Shown here piece after piece: positions 46,600-61,202 of a stretch of 64,000 bases of DNA (within the stretch, counting starts at the first letter, position 1; every line of letters begins with the position of its first letter). The notes under the pieces are model-generated. The model searched no databases, was not told where the DNA came from, and worked only from the letters and a program-made list of their open reading frames with translations. A program made the position numbers and the translations under genes. Origin of the DNA: Obrimoposthia wandeli (taxonomy: Eukaryota); NCBI GenBank assembly GCA_977020255.1, contig CDROCS010002991.1:248001-312000 (forward strand), given 5' to 3'.

Positions 46600-49500
46600 A
46601 TTTGAACTCAACCACCTTGACTTCTTATTCTCACAACCCTACATTGTCATCACTACTTGGCATTAATTCGATTACTCTTCATAACGATCAAGTTCGTCTT
46701 TTATTTTATTTGTCTAAAATAAAAACAATATCATTTATTTTCTTGGGATCTTTCTCCTCATACCACTTCTACCTCTTCATCCATCGATTGCATAAGTGTT
46801 TGTTAAGCTCTTGAATTAACCTCCAATGACACTAGTAGTCTTCTTTTGCTTTCGAATGAGCTCTTTGTGAAACCTTTACCTAAAAGAAAACGGTTAGGAG
46901 TTCACGCCTCGGGAAAATCTTAACATGTTAATTTTATAAATAATTGGTCTTGAATTAACCAGATGTTCTAATTCTATTAAAACTGTGATTAATTCCTCAT
47001 CAGTCACCTCGGCATTGTTCAAGATCTTATAAATAGCTTGCTTCACTTACTTCACCATAGCTTCGAAAATTCCACCATAATGTAGCGCTCTGTGTAGATT
47101 AAATATCCATTTAATCCTGAGAACTGACATTTCCATCTGCACCATGAGTCCATCAATCTCTAGCTTTTCTAATTCATTCACCGCTCCTACAAAATTCTTC
47201 CCATTATCTGATATAAAAGTATCTGGTTGACCACTTCTGCATATGAACCGTTTCAAAGCCCATACAAATGTGTCAGTGTTCAGGGTTCATTTGAAAACAA
47301 TTAAATATACAAACATATCTCTTCTCACGTGTTCTTTTTCTACCTTGCTTGGTCAAAAAAGGTCCAGATAACTTACTTCAACTCTCGCAAATGCCCTTAA
47401 TGGTACTTTGAAATTAAAACTGGGTAATAGTGCTATTATTTGAGTCATGGGCGTTGCTTTAAATTTGGTACAGGACACGCACTGCCATTCTACTTTTCTG
47501 ATAAGTTGACCCACCTTTGGTGTCATAAACCGGCGTTATACTACGTTTAATAAATGTTGAACACCTGCATAATGTTTGTATTTCTCATGTTCCTTCTTGA
47601 TTAATGGCCAAGTTATCCCACCTTTTTTAACGACAAAATTATGGGCTATTATGAATCAAAGCCTAACAACTGTGCATGAACTACTCTGGAATTGGAGGAC
47701 AAAAGTTGAGAACTATCTAAGTTTGGGTTTAAATTCAACAGTTTGATTGATCTCTGCACTTTTCCAGACAAATTAAATTCTTTTACTTCATCGTAAAAAT
47801 ATTTATTTTGATGTTCTTTGAATACCTATATTTATTAAATTTTAACTCATCCATGCTTAATTCCCCAGTCGTCCATTTCTACTGTTTAACTTTACAGCTA
47901 TTAGTAAATCGCTTAATCCAAGCTTGTATTTTCACTAATATATTAAAACTGAAATAAATCTTCACCTGGAAACCAAGTGAAACAGAAGTGATTGATGCTA
48001 TTATATGTTTTTTGTGCTTTTTGAAAACTCGAACTTGTAAGCCATTTTTCACACTTTGATAGAAATTCTTGTCCATGCCACCATAATTTATTCTTAGCGC
48101 ATTGAAATGTATCACCACCCCGAAACAAAATATCCGCTGGTATTTGTTTAGACAGAACCTATCCCCATTGTTCAGAAATTGTGTCTTCTTGTATCTATGC
48201 TACGCGATTAGCCACAAAAGATTTATAGCACATTCTAGGTTGTTTAATCCACCAAATAACGGTCTCACTGTCACACCAAAACACAACATTTTTGTCGTTT
48301 TTCTTCTAACGCATACCATTAACTTTGCCAATCTAACCCCTTCGCATACTGCTAATAGCTCTAATCTTGGAATGCCTACTGTTTTTAAAGGTGTAAATAT
48401 TGCTTTGGATACAATTAGTTGAACTTCCACTTTATCCAAAAGAGTTTCACGATACAAACTACAGCTCCATAAGCTTCAATGGAAGCATCCACAAATAAAT
48501 GTGTTATTGAAGCTTTGCCATAGGTTTTAATCAATCAACGTGGAATTTAAACCTTTATTAAGACCTGACAACCTTTTATCCAACTTGAAATCTCTTTTTC
48601 AAAACTTTACTTAAACTGTCATTCCATCCAGACTATCAAATTCCCTGCATAATAATTTTAGAAACTATTACCATAGCGCTTATTAATCTTAAAGGATCGA
48701 ATATTCTAGACCAATAATCTTAAAACTCTCTTTTGGTCACTACATGGTCATAATTCAAATTTACTGAAAACGTAAAAATATCATGAATTGCTTGCCAGCT
48801 AATTCCTAAGTTTTCATTATTATTTAGCTTTCATATTATATTTGTAATTCACAGGCTCTCTCTTCTATTGCAATAGTATGATTTACATCATCATTATTGC
48901 TTATCCTTTTCTTCACCACCATTCCAGCTTTTTCCAAACTTCAGAGAATCCTTTTTCAAATTTATTGCTTTTTCTACTGAGTCAACTGAATATAATGTGT
49001 CGTCCATATAGATAGATTCAAGCACTGATTTAGTGGCTCCTGGCGATGTCTGATTAAATTTGTAAGCAATTTCTTTTATTATTAACTGTGCTAAAATGGT
49101 GATGTGTTTTATCCTAAAAACAACTCTTTCATGTTCTTAAATCCCCAGTTTCCTTTCATTATTCTTCCGCAGAAATCTTAACCATTTACAGTCCTATTGA
49201 TTAAAAGATATTTGTAAATACATTTCAGAAACATTGCACACCAGAGCTAATTTTCTCTGTCTGAAACGCAAAATTATTTTTGTCTATTTAATTTGTAATT
49301 TAGTTCCTCATTCAATGGTATCATTTGAACACATTCCATTTATTTTTGCTGCAGCATCAAATACAATATGAATCTTTGTAGTTTCTTTATCAATTCTGAT
49401 AACTGGAAAATGAGGCAAATATTATTCAGTATTTCCATCCTTTGATTCATCTATCACTTTTAAATATCCTTTCTCTATTTGTTTATTGATAATTCTTTCA

Positions 49501-50090
49501 TATTCACTCTTCAAAAAGGCATCTTTATTTAGTCGTTTATACAAACCTTCCAATCTATTTAATATAAGATTTATATTTAGGAGTAATTGATATTTATTTT
49601 GTTTCCATGATATTTTTATTGAGTACCGACCATCCACTCTTGTAATTGACTTAACTAGTGATTGATATATTTTTCTATTCGAGTTAAACATCTAAAATTT
49701 TTCATTGTCCATATTATTAATATCCGAAAATATTTTTTAATTGAACGTCATTTATTGAAAATGCGTGAATGAATTTTGTTTGATTTTGTACAGCTCTACT
49801 CACCTTTACTTTCCCCAGGCATTTCTATCATATTGGAGTTAACCTTTCTACATGATCACCTCGATTTCTAACGATTTCTCTAATTGACCATTGTAATTCA
49901 ATTTGATTAGCACCAAAGAGCATATCGACTTGTCTTACTTTTCCTATCAAAAGAAACTTTATCTCCGATGATTACAATTTTTTGTTGCATCTGACCAATC
50001 TAATACCATATTTTCCGGACCATAAAGTACACTTAAAAACTTCATTTTCCTTAAAAATCAGCATTGCACCTTATGTATGAAATATGTTAT
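46600..50090 (-). mobile_element. BEL/Pao LTR retrotransposon pol relic
   Basis: YLPHFPVIR.DKETTKI.IVFDAAA (about 49345-49420), IYMDD (about 49000-49013), RNase H LIVSK...GIPRLELLA, integrase FISDNGKNFVGA and GGIFEAMVK. Many stops. Confidence 0.9.
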
Positions 50091-50389
50091 TGATTCTTAT
50101 TTTACTCTTTGAAACGAGTGAACAAAATGTCGTGTGATTTAGAATTGCATTCTATTATTAGCGCAACATTAGTCATATATGTGAGTTATGAATTCTAGGT
50201 AACATTAGGAAAAAGAATTAACTGCGATTAATCGATATAAAAGTGCACCTGATTAAACGAAATCTCTGTTTACAAAAAGTACTTTAATGTTGTGTCGCAT
50301 TAATGATTTCAATGTTTTATTACTTCCGATTTATACATACATACTTATTTTTGAACCCTAAAATGGCTAAGTAACATGCTTACTAAGCA

Positions 50390-51720
50390 ATATTAAAAAT
50401 CAATGCCATCAGTTATGCAAAAGAACATGGGAATAGAGTATCTGTGAAAGAGTTCCGCATCAATGAATCAATGGTACGAAAGTGGAGGAAGCCAGAAGAT
50501 GACCTGCGTCAAGTCAAGAAGACAAAGCTGAGTTCCCGAGGGAATAAAGCCGTGTTGCCAGATCTAGAGGCAAAGGCATTCGACTCAAGGCAAAAGCGAT
50601 GGCATGTTACATGAAGATGATTGATTTTAAAGGTCCTTCTTGGTGCTTTTGCTCTATGAAAAGGTGTCATTTCTCCATCCGGACAAGAACTATCATATCG
50701 TAGCAGCTGCCACCAGATTACGAAGAAAAGCTGGCCATCTTACTGCAAGAACAAGATTACTGAAAAGAAGACCCAGCCAGACCACATCATCAATATGGAC
50801 GAGGTGCCCCTCACCTTTGACATCCCCATGAGCCGTACTGTCGAGAAAACAGGGACCAATACAGTATCTATACGCACCTGTTTTCTCGACAATACAGCTC
50901 ATGGGAATGTCAAAGGTGAGGGGCACCTCGTCCACATTGGTGATGTGGTCTGGCTGGGTTTTATTTACAGTAATCTTGTTCTTGCAGTAGGTGCGAAAGA
51001 TGGCCAGCTTTAGATACTGTATTGATCCCTGTTTTCTCGACAGTACAGCTCATGGATCTATACGCAGGGAGCGAGAAGTCATCTTTAGAGTCGTCCTTGG
51101 TTGCCAGGCCAATGGTAATTTCTAAGAGGAAAACCTTGCCAACGGAAAATATTTCGGCCGGGGTCATTGTAAAAGTCAACCCAAAAGGCTGGATGGACAA
51201 GAAGAAGATGACCGTGTGGCTGGGAGATGCCTACGTCAGGAGAGCAAGTGGACTTTTCCACATATATTTATCCTTATTAATCTATGACTCGATGCATGCA
51301 CATCGCATCAATACCCCCAAAGAACAATAAATAAGCAAACTAACGTGGAGCTCACTATCATTCCAGGAGGATTAATCAAAGGACTCCAACTGCTAGATAT
51401 AAGTGTTAACAAGTCATTCAAGTTTAAATTGCGAGCCAAATGGGAGCAGTGGATAACAGAAGGTGAGCACACCTTTACAAATACCGGAAAGCAACACTGA
51501 GATACGCCACTATCTGCCAATGGATCGTCAATGCCCGGGACAAAGTATCAGTCTCGTCTATCATCCGAGGTTTTGTGAAAGCTGGAATTATCACTAGACA
51601 GCCAGATAACAGAGCCGATTCTGACTCAGATGATGATGTGGATCCGACCAAGCTTGATGTGAAAACTCTGCGACTGCTAAACTCAGATACAGAGGATGAA
51701 GACTTTTATAGGTTTGTGGA
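50390..51720 (+). mobile_element. pogo/Tigger transposase relic with an internal fold-back duplication
   Basis: HTH AISYAKEHGNR...MVRKWRK, NMDEVPLTFD, IIPGGL...QLLDISVNKSFK. Confidence 0.8.
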
Positions 51721-53129
51721 TGAAGAAGAACAGGAATAAAATGACTTTGACAATTTTGTATAGTTTAAAGCATATTTATGTACCTATTTTTAAAGTATAT
51801 ACCTAATAAAAGTGTTATTAATCTATCTAAACTTTATACGTTATCTTTTATCTTCGTTGTTATACATTTTCTATTAAATAAGTCAAACAAGATACATAAG
51901 AGCAGACGTTTATTAATAACAGGCTTGATCGCAATTATCCTAAAACTTCTATCTATCTTACTTCTCAAAATCTCAATAAAGGGGCCTTACATAAGTCTAC
52001 TTGTGCTTTCTAATAAAAATTCACTTTCCCTCCTTTTTATCAATATGCTAAAAATATTATACAATTCTGAAGCCCTTAATCCCCATTCTAGCTGCATAAC
52101 CTTAGTACCTACTACTCCCCTTCTCCACACCAAGACATTGGCCGAACCTACTCTTTCTTGGTATATCTGTCATACTTGAACAAAACTCTTATCTGCCAAC
52201 GATTGGCTTTATTTAAGTGCATTCTAACCTCTACAACCGCATCTACTACTATGCTTCCAAAACCTTCCATAAAGTCCTTATCAAACATAAACTTTATACA
52301 TTCAACACTCTCATTAGCACTGTTTGCACACAAAAACTCCTTTAAACACGATACCATAAGTATAAGCTCATCATCCAAATAAACATTCTTACCAAAAGAA
52401 CCTTCTAATGGAGCTACACATTTTGAGTCTTGGAATCCTTTCATCCACAGTCCATTTGAGTCAACTATATCAACAGTTTCCTTTGCCGCCAGACAGACCA
52501 TAAGATCAAAATAGCTAAATCTATGTGTAGGATCTTTGAACAGTGGAATTCTGTAGTTTCCGCTAAACTCGAAGGTCAGGCATTCGCTAGAGTCACACCC
52601 AACCGAACCACTGTGGCCTCTACCATGTGTCATCAGGCACTACATAGTGCCAGCCACCAGCGATATTTGGTCATCCACAACTGCAGGCATAGAGCAGTAT
52701 ACTGCTGTACCGATTTCATAGCGTTTGCCAGTTCATCTTCTCTGTCAGCATTGACTGCAGTACATCTGCAGCTTAGGTCATCTACTTGGTAATTACAACG
52801 GCTACCTTCAGCATTTGGTCAGGGCTCAGCTGAAACCCATTCTTCATACTTTTCAGGGTCCATTTATAGAGCTTCAGCACCAAATTTCCCTTTTCATGGT
52901 ATAACCACGCTTCTGTTACTATCTATTGAAATCTCATTTTCTTTCTTGTTCATACTAAAATTTACAAATTCTCTAATACTTCTAATTTCACAACTCTTTC
53001 TGTCAACAAAATCAAAATATTTTAGTTTTCTAAAATTTCATTCACTAAAAACAAAACACTGACAAATTTACAAAATGTCAGGCTATAATATAGTCACCAG
53101 ACAAACAATACGTCCTCTAAAGTGCAACA

Positions 53130-53810
53130 AACCTTTTTTCCAACGGGCTAATTGATCATTTCTCCAAATAGCTCGGCTTGCCAATCTCGGTCAAAAGTGA
53201 TTCAGTAATTTGCTGAATCTGTTAATAAATTTGTGCTAATAGTAAAAATAAATTATACCAAGACAAATAATGCACTTGTAAAAATTCAGCATGCTTTTCG
53301 CTATCCATGGTGGGAGAAGTTCCCCATAAGCAGTGACACAAGGCATAACTCTTGTCAAAGTGCCCTCTCACCAACCTTGATACAGTTTACGGCTAAACTA
53401 CCTTTTTCAGCAAGTGCTTTTGCTGGGACATTGGAAACACTTGATAATCTGGTCTCATGTATGTTCAAAATTAGTCGGGGTTGACATCATGACTCAGATC
53501 CTCTGTAAGAATGATGAAATAGCAATTGATCCTTTTTCATTGGAAGCTTGAGCCTTATTTGATGAAAGACCTTCTGGTTTCCTCAAGGCCAATTGGTTAT
53601 TTTTCGATCAAAATACGAGGTACCATTCTTCGACAGCTCTGTTATTTTTCAGCTACAGCGTAGTTATTTGCGCATTACTGCAATTGTTTTATTGTGATTG
53701 TGAAGTTTATTTTACGTTCGGCTAACTTTGTTTCATGTTCGTTCGAAAATACTTCGTTTTATTTTATGTTTATGTTTACCTCTCCTTTCCAAACGGTTTC
53801 TTGGCACTGA
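53130..53810 (-). mobile_element. pogo-like transposase relic
   Basis: TRVMPCVTAYGELLPPWI resembles the pogo/Fot1 T...CV.A.G..LPP motif. Confidence 0.4.
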
Positions 53811-54299
53811 AATATAATAATAAAAGTAAATATGTTAAAAAATTATCCTTACTTATACACTGACTCTCAACGTTAAAAACGCTTTATATTTTTTATTTAA
53901 TTTTTTGTAATTTTATTATATCAGCAAGTAACAAATTATCATCAAGGAGTGACACCGCGAATCTCAAACCATTTTGAGTGCTTTACAAAAATAAGCTGTT
54001 TCATAGTAAATATGTAAGGCATTATTTTATGAATAGGAGATACATTGTTTTTAATAAAGTAAATAGCCACTTACTTTTTATTGCAAAATTCATTATCCAA
54101 AAGAAAAATCTTGAAAATAACAATATGTCACGGTAAAATGTATAGAGTTTAAATATTTTGCCTATTTAACATAGTTATAGATTTTAATCAAAAATGGTTT
54201 TAGATTTATGTTTTACTTATAATAATACAAATGCATCTTCAATTACAATGTTCTATACGTCTGGGGGATCGTCTATATGTATATTGTATATATACCTGG

Positions 54300-54964
54300 G
54301 CCGATAGTCTGTTTAATAAGATATGATTTGATATAACAGAATCACTACCAAACGGAAAAATATATTTACCATTATTTCCCATAGAAACATTCAACAGCGC
54401 AAACAATTGCTTATTTTGGTACTCCAAAAACAATCCACAATGACAATGGAACTCAATTTAGCTACTAATTTACAAAACCAAAAAATATAAGTTGCTTATG
54501 TCTAGTAAGTCGAGTAATCGAAATTGGGTTGATTCTCAAAAAATTCGATGTGCTTGTCAATATTCAAAGTCGAAAAGATGGAGTATCCCTATTTGAGAAA
54601 GTTTCATGCGCAGAAATGAATTGGAATCCAGTATTGTTTATTGAAAATAAAATTGAAGGGAAAGACAACATAACAGAATCAACTTACTTTAAATCCGAAA
54701 AAATAATATATCAAATACAGAAAAACAACATGGAGGGTTTTACTGGTAAAGTTAATGGTTTGGTTCTGGTAAATACTGATGAGACTGATGTATGCTAAAA
54801 GGTATTCAGGACCATGGGAGCTCATTGCAATAATATCATTTGATAATCTGAAATTGCGTTTAAAGAATAAAGTGATAAAGAGAAATGCGCATCAAGTCAA
54901 ACGATTCAAAGGTAAAGGTCGAAATATTAGCACCAGCATCCATTTCAAATGCATTGTATTCTGA
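54300..54964 (+). mobile_element. Gypsy integrase relic
   Basis: KRYSGPWEL...RNAHQVKRF matches the GPY/F module. Confidence 0.45.
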
Positions 54965-55778
54965 TATAAATGGCAGCTTAAGCCATATGTCTACAAACCA
55001 TGCATCATCATTTTCAAGGAGTTATCCAGCTAGACAGAGGAAGCCAAATTCCTGATTTGCAAACAATTCTTTGAAGAGGAGATGTAGATGTTTGTTGAAT
55101 GCTCTTCTCCTGATGCATATATTAGTATTATGTTGTATTTGAACAAAATTAACAATATCTGGGAATTCTAAAATATGCAAAATATACTCATGATTTGAAT
55201 TTGTTGACTTGTCGGCTTCAATAGCAATCGATGGGACTGATAGTCAAACACATATTTTTATTTCTCCGGAGTCGGAAATAAGCTTTACTTTTTCATGTTT
55301 CTGGTCCGTATTTAGACGTTTATCTCTTCTTAAATGTTTATTGCAACTATTTTATCTTTTGTGATCGACTGTCACATTGGATAATGAGCAAAACATAATA
55401 TCTTCTTCTGCATAGAAAATAACATGGTATTAAGTCCTGCGTTACTTTGCACTGACGTATTCTGAACATTTCAATTTAGCAAGTTTTCCGGGTCCCTGTT
55501 TATAATCAATATTTAACTTATTTCTGAGTATTTAATAAATATTGTTTATTTATCTTGCTAGAGCTTATTTAAGGTACATTTAAATTTTCTTCTTCTTTAA
55601 ACCCTAAATCTTGCTAAAACTAACAAAACAAATAGTATATAATCACCCTAAAAAGTTTAAATAAAGAAAAGGGAAAGAAAAATAAGAAATGGAAAAACAA
55701 ACAACGCAGATTACTAATCATTTGAATCCTATGCGCGGGTCGTAAAGCAAACATTACTGCAAGACAAATGTGACAACT

Positions 55779-55790
55779 TGGCGACCCAGG
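55779..55790 (+). other. Primer-binding-site-like TGGCGACCCAGG of an LTR-retrotransposon relic
   Basis: TGGCG start just after a ...tgtgaca LTR-end-like sequence. Confidence 0.35.
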
Positions 55791-56141
55791 TTCTTCTTAT
55801 TTTACTTCTGCGTGCTCGTGTGAGAAGAAGCTATGTTTGTTTAGATGGCATCTGACCCCAAATTGAGTAAACTTGTATTGCCACCAGAAAATGAGCGAGA
55901 TTTCAGAAAACAGATTAGAAAAGCAACTAAAACTTCAGTATTTGGTTTTGTGAAGAAAATCCAATTGAAATTTTACCCAACGATTTCATGCGATTATTTG
56001 GTTTAGGATGCCTTTAATGTTTGACAAAGCTTACACCGAAAGATTTGGTATCTGTTTTAACTTTCCAGTTGACCATAACAATATTAGCTCGATTTGTGTA
56101 GTTTTGGCAACTTATAAAATAATACTTAGTGCGCTCAATAC

Positions 56142-58235
56142 AGTAGGTGGACGTGTCCGGTTTAATCCACTCCGTTTGAGGGGAAGGGGGTACCACTGTT
56201 CTTTAAATCCGTGTGTATGAAGTGAAATTTCGTGCATATTGTCCTGTCTAATCCCCCCGACTAACCCCTTACAAGAGGAGGGGGAGGAGTACCCCACATT
56301 TTTTGTGTTATTATGAGTGAAATTTCGTGCATGTGTGCATGAATTTCACATCCAACCTAAAAAGTGATTAAAGAACACAGTAATCCATTTTGAACCCATC
56401 GACTTATCGTAGACGAGATTTCAGATATTAGTTTTGTATGAGTAAATTAGTAAATAGATAGTGAAGTGCATTGTAGTAATTTTATAATGAAGGAATTTGG
56501 TAAAATTAAAAAAATGGTAACTTGACGTTTACAGCAAAGAACAATATAAAACGGGTTTCCTTTGATTATGAACTCGCTAAAACCCTTGGTTTAACAGCAA
56601 ATACCTTTGAAACACATGCAGTAAAAACCATAAAAGCTAAAAATCATGCAAAAATGTTAAATTATATTAATCAGTTATATATTTATACTAGTTTGATGGA
56701 ACCAACGCTTGTAAGAGGACTATGAGTATCACTTTTAAGAACAATATAGATATCTCAAAGTCAAACTAAAATTGGAGAAGTTCCTATATTGGGAAGTTTC
56801 GTATAGATCAGCCGATGTGTCTTCCAGTTGCTCTCTTTTCTATAAACAATATTGAAATAAATATTAGAGATGATTCTGGACAATTTATGAATTTCACATA
56901 TGGAGCCAAGACAAATTTAACAATACATTAAAGAAAAGGAAATGGCGAATACGGCAATAATTGAAGCTTATAGTCAAAGCCAGCAAGATGATGAATTACC
57001 ATATTTTGTTGATAAACAATATGGATCCGGCTGGTTTAGAACATTAGGTAGATTTTCCATTCCTCCTTTGAAGAGACTCGGGCGATTTGTATCAAAATTA
57101 AGAAAGGATTACCCTTCATCTAAGGATTATAAATTAATACCAACTTTTAAGAAGAATGTATCTTATGAACTTGATAATGTTCTTCCAGACGTTGCTAATT
57201 TAATTAGGAAAGGTTAATCAAGTAAAAGTTAAGAAGGTAAAGGATTTCAACGTAAACAGAAACAAAATATTACTATAAACAAACGTAAGAAAGTCAAAGG
57301 AACAATATTTTAAAAATGAGTTGCGCCAAAACTGAATTGTGTATTTTTGATAAACCTCTTCCACAAGTTGTTGTAGACAATTCTTCCTTTAAAGAGAAAT
57401 TTCTAGTTAAGTCAGTTTCTGGAACCACTTTAACAGATTTATAATTATTTATTAATGGTTCCAATAGTGATTATTTAAATATTGAAATATACTTTGCTTT
57501 ATGTTCAAATAAAAGTAACAAATCGGGATGGTACTGATTTAGCAAAAAATGCCGATGTGACACCTGTAAATTATCTCTTTAATACTTTATTTAATGATAC
57601 CATTGTTACTCTTAATAATGTCAAAATTTAAGATGGAAATTCTTCCTATGCTCATAAAGCTTTGATTGAAAGTCTATTGAATTATAGTACTGATACTCAA
57701 AATAATAATTTGGTAACCATTGGTTATGATAAAACGGCTGCAACTCGCAAAGAATGCATTGCAGGTTCTAAAGCTTACGAAATGTGTGGGTCTTTGAGAT
57801 TGAATTTCTTTGAATAACCTAAATATTTAATTCCCGGTGTTAATGTACATCTTCGTTTGAAACGTAATAAATATAATTTTTCTTTGATAAGCACAGACGT
57901 TTTAAAACCTAGACTTGATATTTTGGATGCAAAATTGTATGTTTGAAGAGTTAAAACCGAGCAATCACTTTTAATGACAAATAATATAGGAATGAAAAAA
58001 ACAATGCTTGTTATCCTATTAGAGAAACTAAACTTATAACCCACTCTTTAGGTACGGGTACACAAGCTTTTAATAAAGATCAAAATTTTGGTGATGTAAG
58101 ATACCCGAAATTCGTTTTAATTTCATTTCAAAAATCTGCAAAGTTTTTAGGAAATTATACGACAAACGTAGCACAGTTTGTTAATCTAAATGTGGGTTCA
58201 GCAACACTTTCAAAAAATAGCGATTACAAGTAAGA
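56142..58235 (+). mobile_element. Internally deleted, decayed family B Polinton (terminus, penton C-terminus, core protein, MCP)
   Basis: AGTAGGTGGACGTGTCCGG terminus; LYIYTSLMEP and INNIEINIRDD (penton); ELPYFVDKQYGSGWFRTLGR (core); MSCAKTELCIFD (MCP, ATG 57316). Multiple stops and frameshifts. Confidence 0.85.
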
Positions 58236-59180
58236 ATGTTCAATTGTTTAAATTATAAAGTAACTTACCAATTCGAATATTAAATTAGAAGTAGAATTTC
58301 AAAGTTACATACAGTCTTAAGTTTATAGTTAAAAAACAAATAAAAGCTTATTCAATAAAATGTTTATTCAAGGTTCCAAGGAATCAGGAATTCTTCAAAA
58401 TATGTCTGACTCTTTGTGTTTATGCAAAATTATATGTTTAATAATTGTTATACATACCCAAATTTCTATTGGAGTTATGAGAAAGCCTATTCTCTTTTAG
58501 GGGTTTCTCATTCTACGTTCAATAAGATCTAATGACGGTCAGCGTGGAATTTTGATGAGCTGTCATAGATTACATTTTCTTAGAGAATGCTAAATCAATT
58601 AACCAATTTGAAAGCATTTCTGAGATTAAAAGTGAGTTTAGAAATAATCTAATATTCTCTCAGAGATTATAACTTTTTTAACTACTTATTGGAACGTACT
58701 AATGAGAAAAATGTGATTTCTTTGAAATCCTTTGTTCTCAGTCAAATACCAGATAGAAATTGATAATAATCATTAAACTGATATTTTACGAATGCCATCC
58801 TGTTTGACCTCGTCATGCTGTTTGTTACTTTAATAGTATCCCATAATATAAGCAATTTGTACTCGATTGTGACAAGCTGACTAAACCAGACTCCATCGAC
58901 TTGATAATTTTAGCGCATCAATTTAATGTTTTGTTTATTTTTATTGGATGATACTATCAAAAGTTATTTGACTGTTAAAGTTTATTAATAGACTTTACTA
59001 AAAACTCAATATTTCTGAAATATTATTTTTTAACATGCGATATATTTTTTATTTCAATATTTTATTTAACATCCTGAGTGTTAAGATGAAAGCTAATTAA
59101 TATTAATAGTAGATTTTTCAAAACCTTGAATTAAAATATTAAAAAATTATTTAAAGAACTATATTTTTATACATTCTGTT

Positions 59181-61202
59181 GGATCTATGTCTAAATTTCT
59201 ACTGAGAAAGTTTCTACTGTAACTTTAAATAATTATATCTACTACACTAAATTAGTTACTCTTAGTTTAAAACACACAAAAATTTCATTTTAATTTAAAA
59301 GTTTTCGTCTTCTTTTAAAAACAAACTAACTACTTTCATTTATTGGTAATAAAATATTCTACCATGAAATATTATTCAAATTTAATAACTTTATTCAATT
59401 TTCAAAATTATTAAAATTTTTATTAATTTATTATTATTAAAGTTATTATTTTATTTTCTATTTTTATCCTCAATTACTATTTCAATGCAGAAAGCTCAAG
59501 AGGTAAGATTTCGTTTAGACATTAAATTTAGACATAGATCCACTAAAACTGAGTTTAAATTTTATCACTTTTTATTATTTACAATATTTTGTGATGTTTT
59601 TATTTTTTTCATACTTTTAAATGTATCTAATGTGCTTTTAGTTTTGTAAATTTAATTAAATAACTGTATGAAAATGTTTCGCTATTATTTCATGTAGTTG
59701 ATATTTGGACTTTATTTTAGTTTTAGTTACTCATTTGATTATTTGTTGAGATTTCTAATTATGACTATTAACGAAAATCAAGACTTGTACAAAGGAAACT
59801 TTTATTATCTGAAAATATTTAAATTTACTTTGATATATAACGCCATTGTTTATGATCGTCTTTATAGAAGTATTTGACATGAATATTTTGTTTTATAAAC
59901 ATTTAAATATAATATACTATATAAGTGGATTTATTTCATTCTTATTTATCGATGTACCTTGAAGAAATACCCATTTTTATATATTCAATGGAGTTCATCT
60001 ATAATATAAGATACATCTCTTGATAAGATACAGAATGTTTATTTATATACCTTTTATTTATAAATCTAAAATACAACATTATTTAACTGTTGATATATTA
60101 AGCGGTTGATATATTTATGGAGTCGATGGATGGAAGAGGTAGTTCCTCAATGGGTTGTGCTACAGACGTGGTGTGAGGACAAGGATCCCTTGAAAATGAA
60201 TTATGTTGTTTTAAATTTAGAGCTAAAGAGAAATTTGGTTATCAGGAAGGGCAATCGAATTAATGCCAGGTAGTGATGATAAGATTAGTGTTACGAGAAT
60301 AAAAAGTCAAGATAAAGAGATAGTTCGGTAATTTCGTAAGTTTTGTAAGCTGTGTGCGGTTTTCCTGATTTTACTATCAATATAACTACTTTATCACTGT
60401 TTAGCAAACTTTGTTTAACTTCTGTCTTTTTCATAAAACCTGATATTGTTTTGCACTTTTCAAATTGATCTTAAAAGTGATAACTTTACTCAGTTCAATT
60501 CAAAAAATGATAACTTCACTCAGTTCAATTTAGAAATTGATAATTTCCATTCAGTTCAATTTAAATAAGGATAACTTCACTCAATTCAATTGAAATATTG
60601 TTATAGAATTCACGTTGGGGGCCTCCATACGAGGATCTAGTTTCAAATAGAAACCTCAACATTAGCACAAAATACGTTCAACATGCTACCCAAATATATC
60701 CAAGGGATGTTAAATATACTACGTTTGATTTGACAAGATAATTGAAGTTTCTGAACAAACGTTAGCTACTAGACACTGGAAACTTAAATAGACGGTTTTA
60801 TAAATACATAAAAAATTCATTTTAATGTTAGCTTAATTGCTTAGAGTTTAATAATAAAAAAAAATTAAATATTATTCAATGTTTATTTTATAATATTTGT
60901 TTTATTTTGTTTTAAATTTAAAATAATGTTGTATAATATGTTTTATTTACAAAAAAGAATAATGTCCTTAAATTGTTTTAAGTAAAAAAATAAATTAAAC
61001 CAATAAAAACATTTTAAATTATTTAATTTTAATTAAATTTATAACATACTTCGTCTACTTTCATTTAAAAGAAGACGAAAAATATTAAATTAAAATGTAA
61101 TTTTTGTGTGTTTTAAAATAAGAGTAACTAAATTAGTGTAGTAGATATAATTATTTAAAGTTACAGTAGAAACTTTCTCAGTAGAAATTTAGACATAGAT
61201 CC
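59181..61202. repeat. Pair of ~140-bp inverted repeats (59181-59320 and 61056-61202), possible non-autonomous DNA transposon
   Basis: ggatctatgtctaaatttctactgagaaag... versus ...ctttctcagtagaaatttagacatagatcc. No TSD found. Confidence 0.55.
60470..60600. repeat. Four ~30-bp tandem units (ataacttcactcagttcaatt)
   Basis: Visible directly in the sequence. Confidence 0.7.

Noticed and set aside
52100-53000. ORF 52148-52633 and neighbours as a host gene
   Set aside because: Only weak gag zinc-knuckle/protease-like fragments with stops; cannot be assigned.
56841-56849. TATAAACAA inside the family B penton relic
   Set aside because: It lies 101 nt from the next ATG, is explained by S-I-N-N codons, and is absent at the equivalent site of the intact element.
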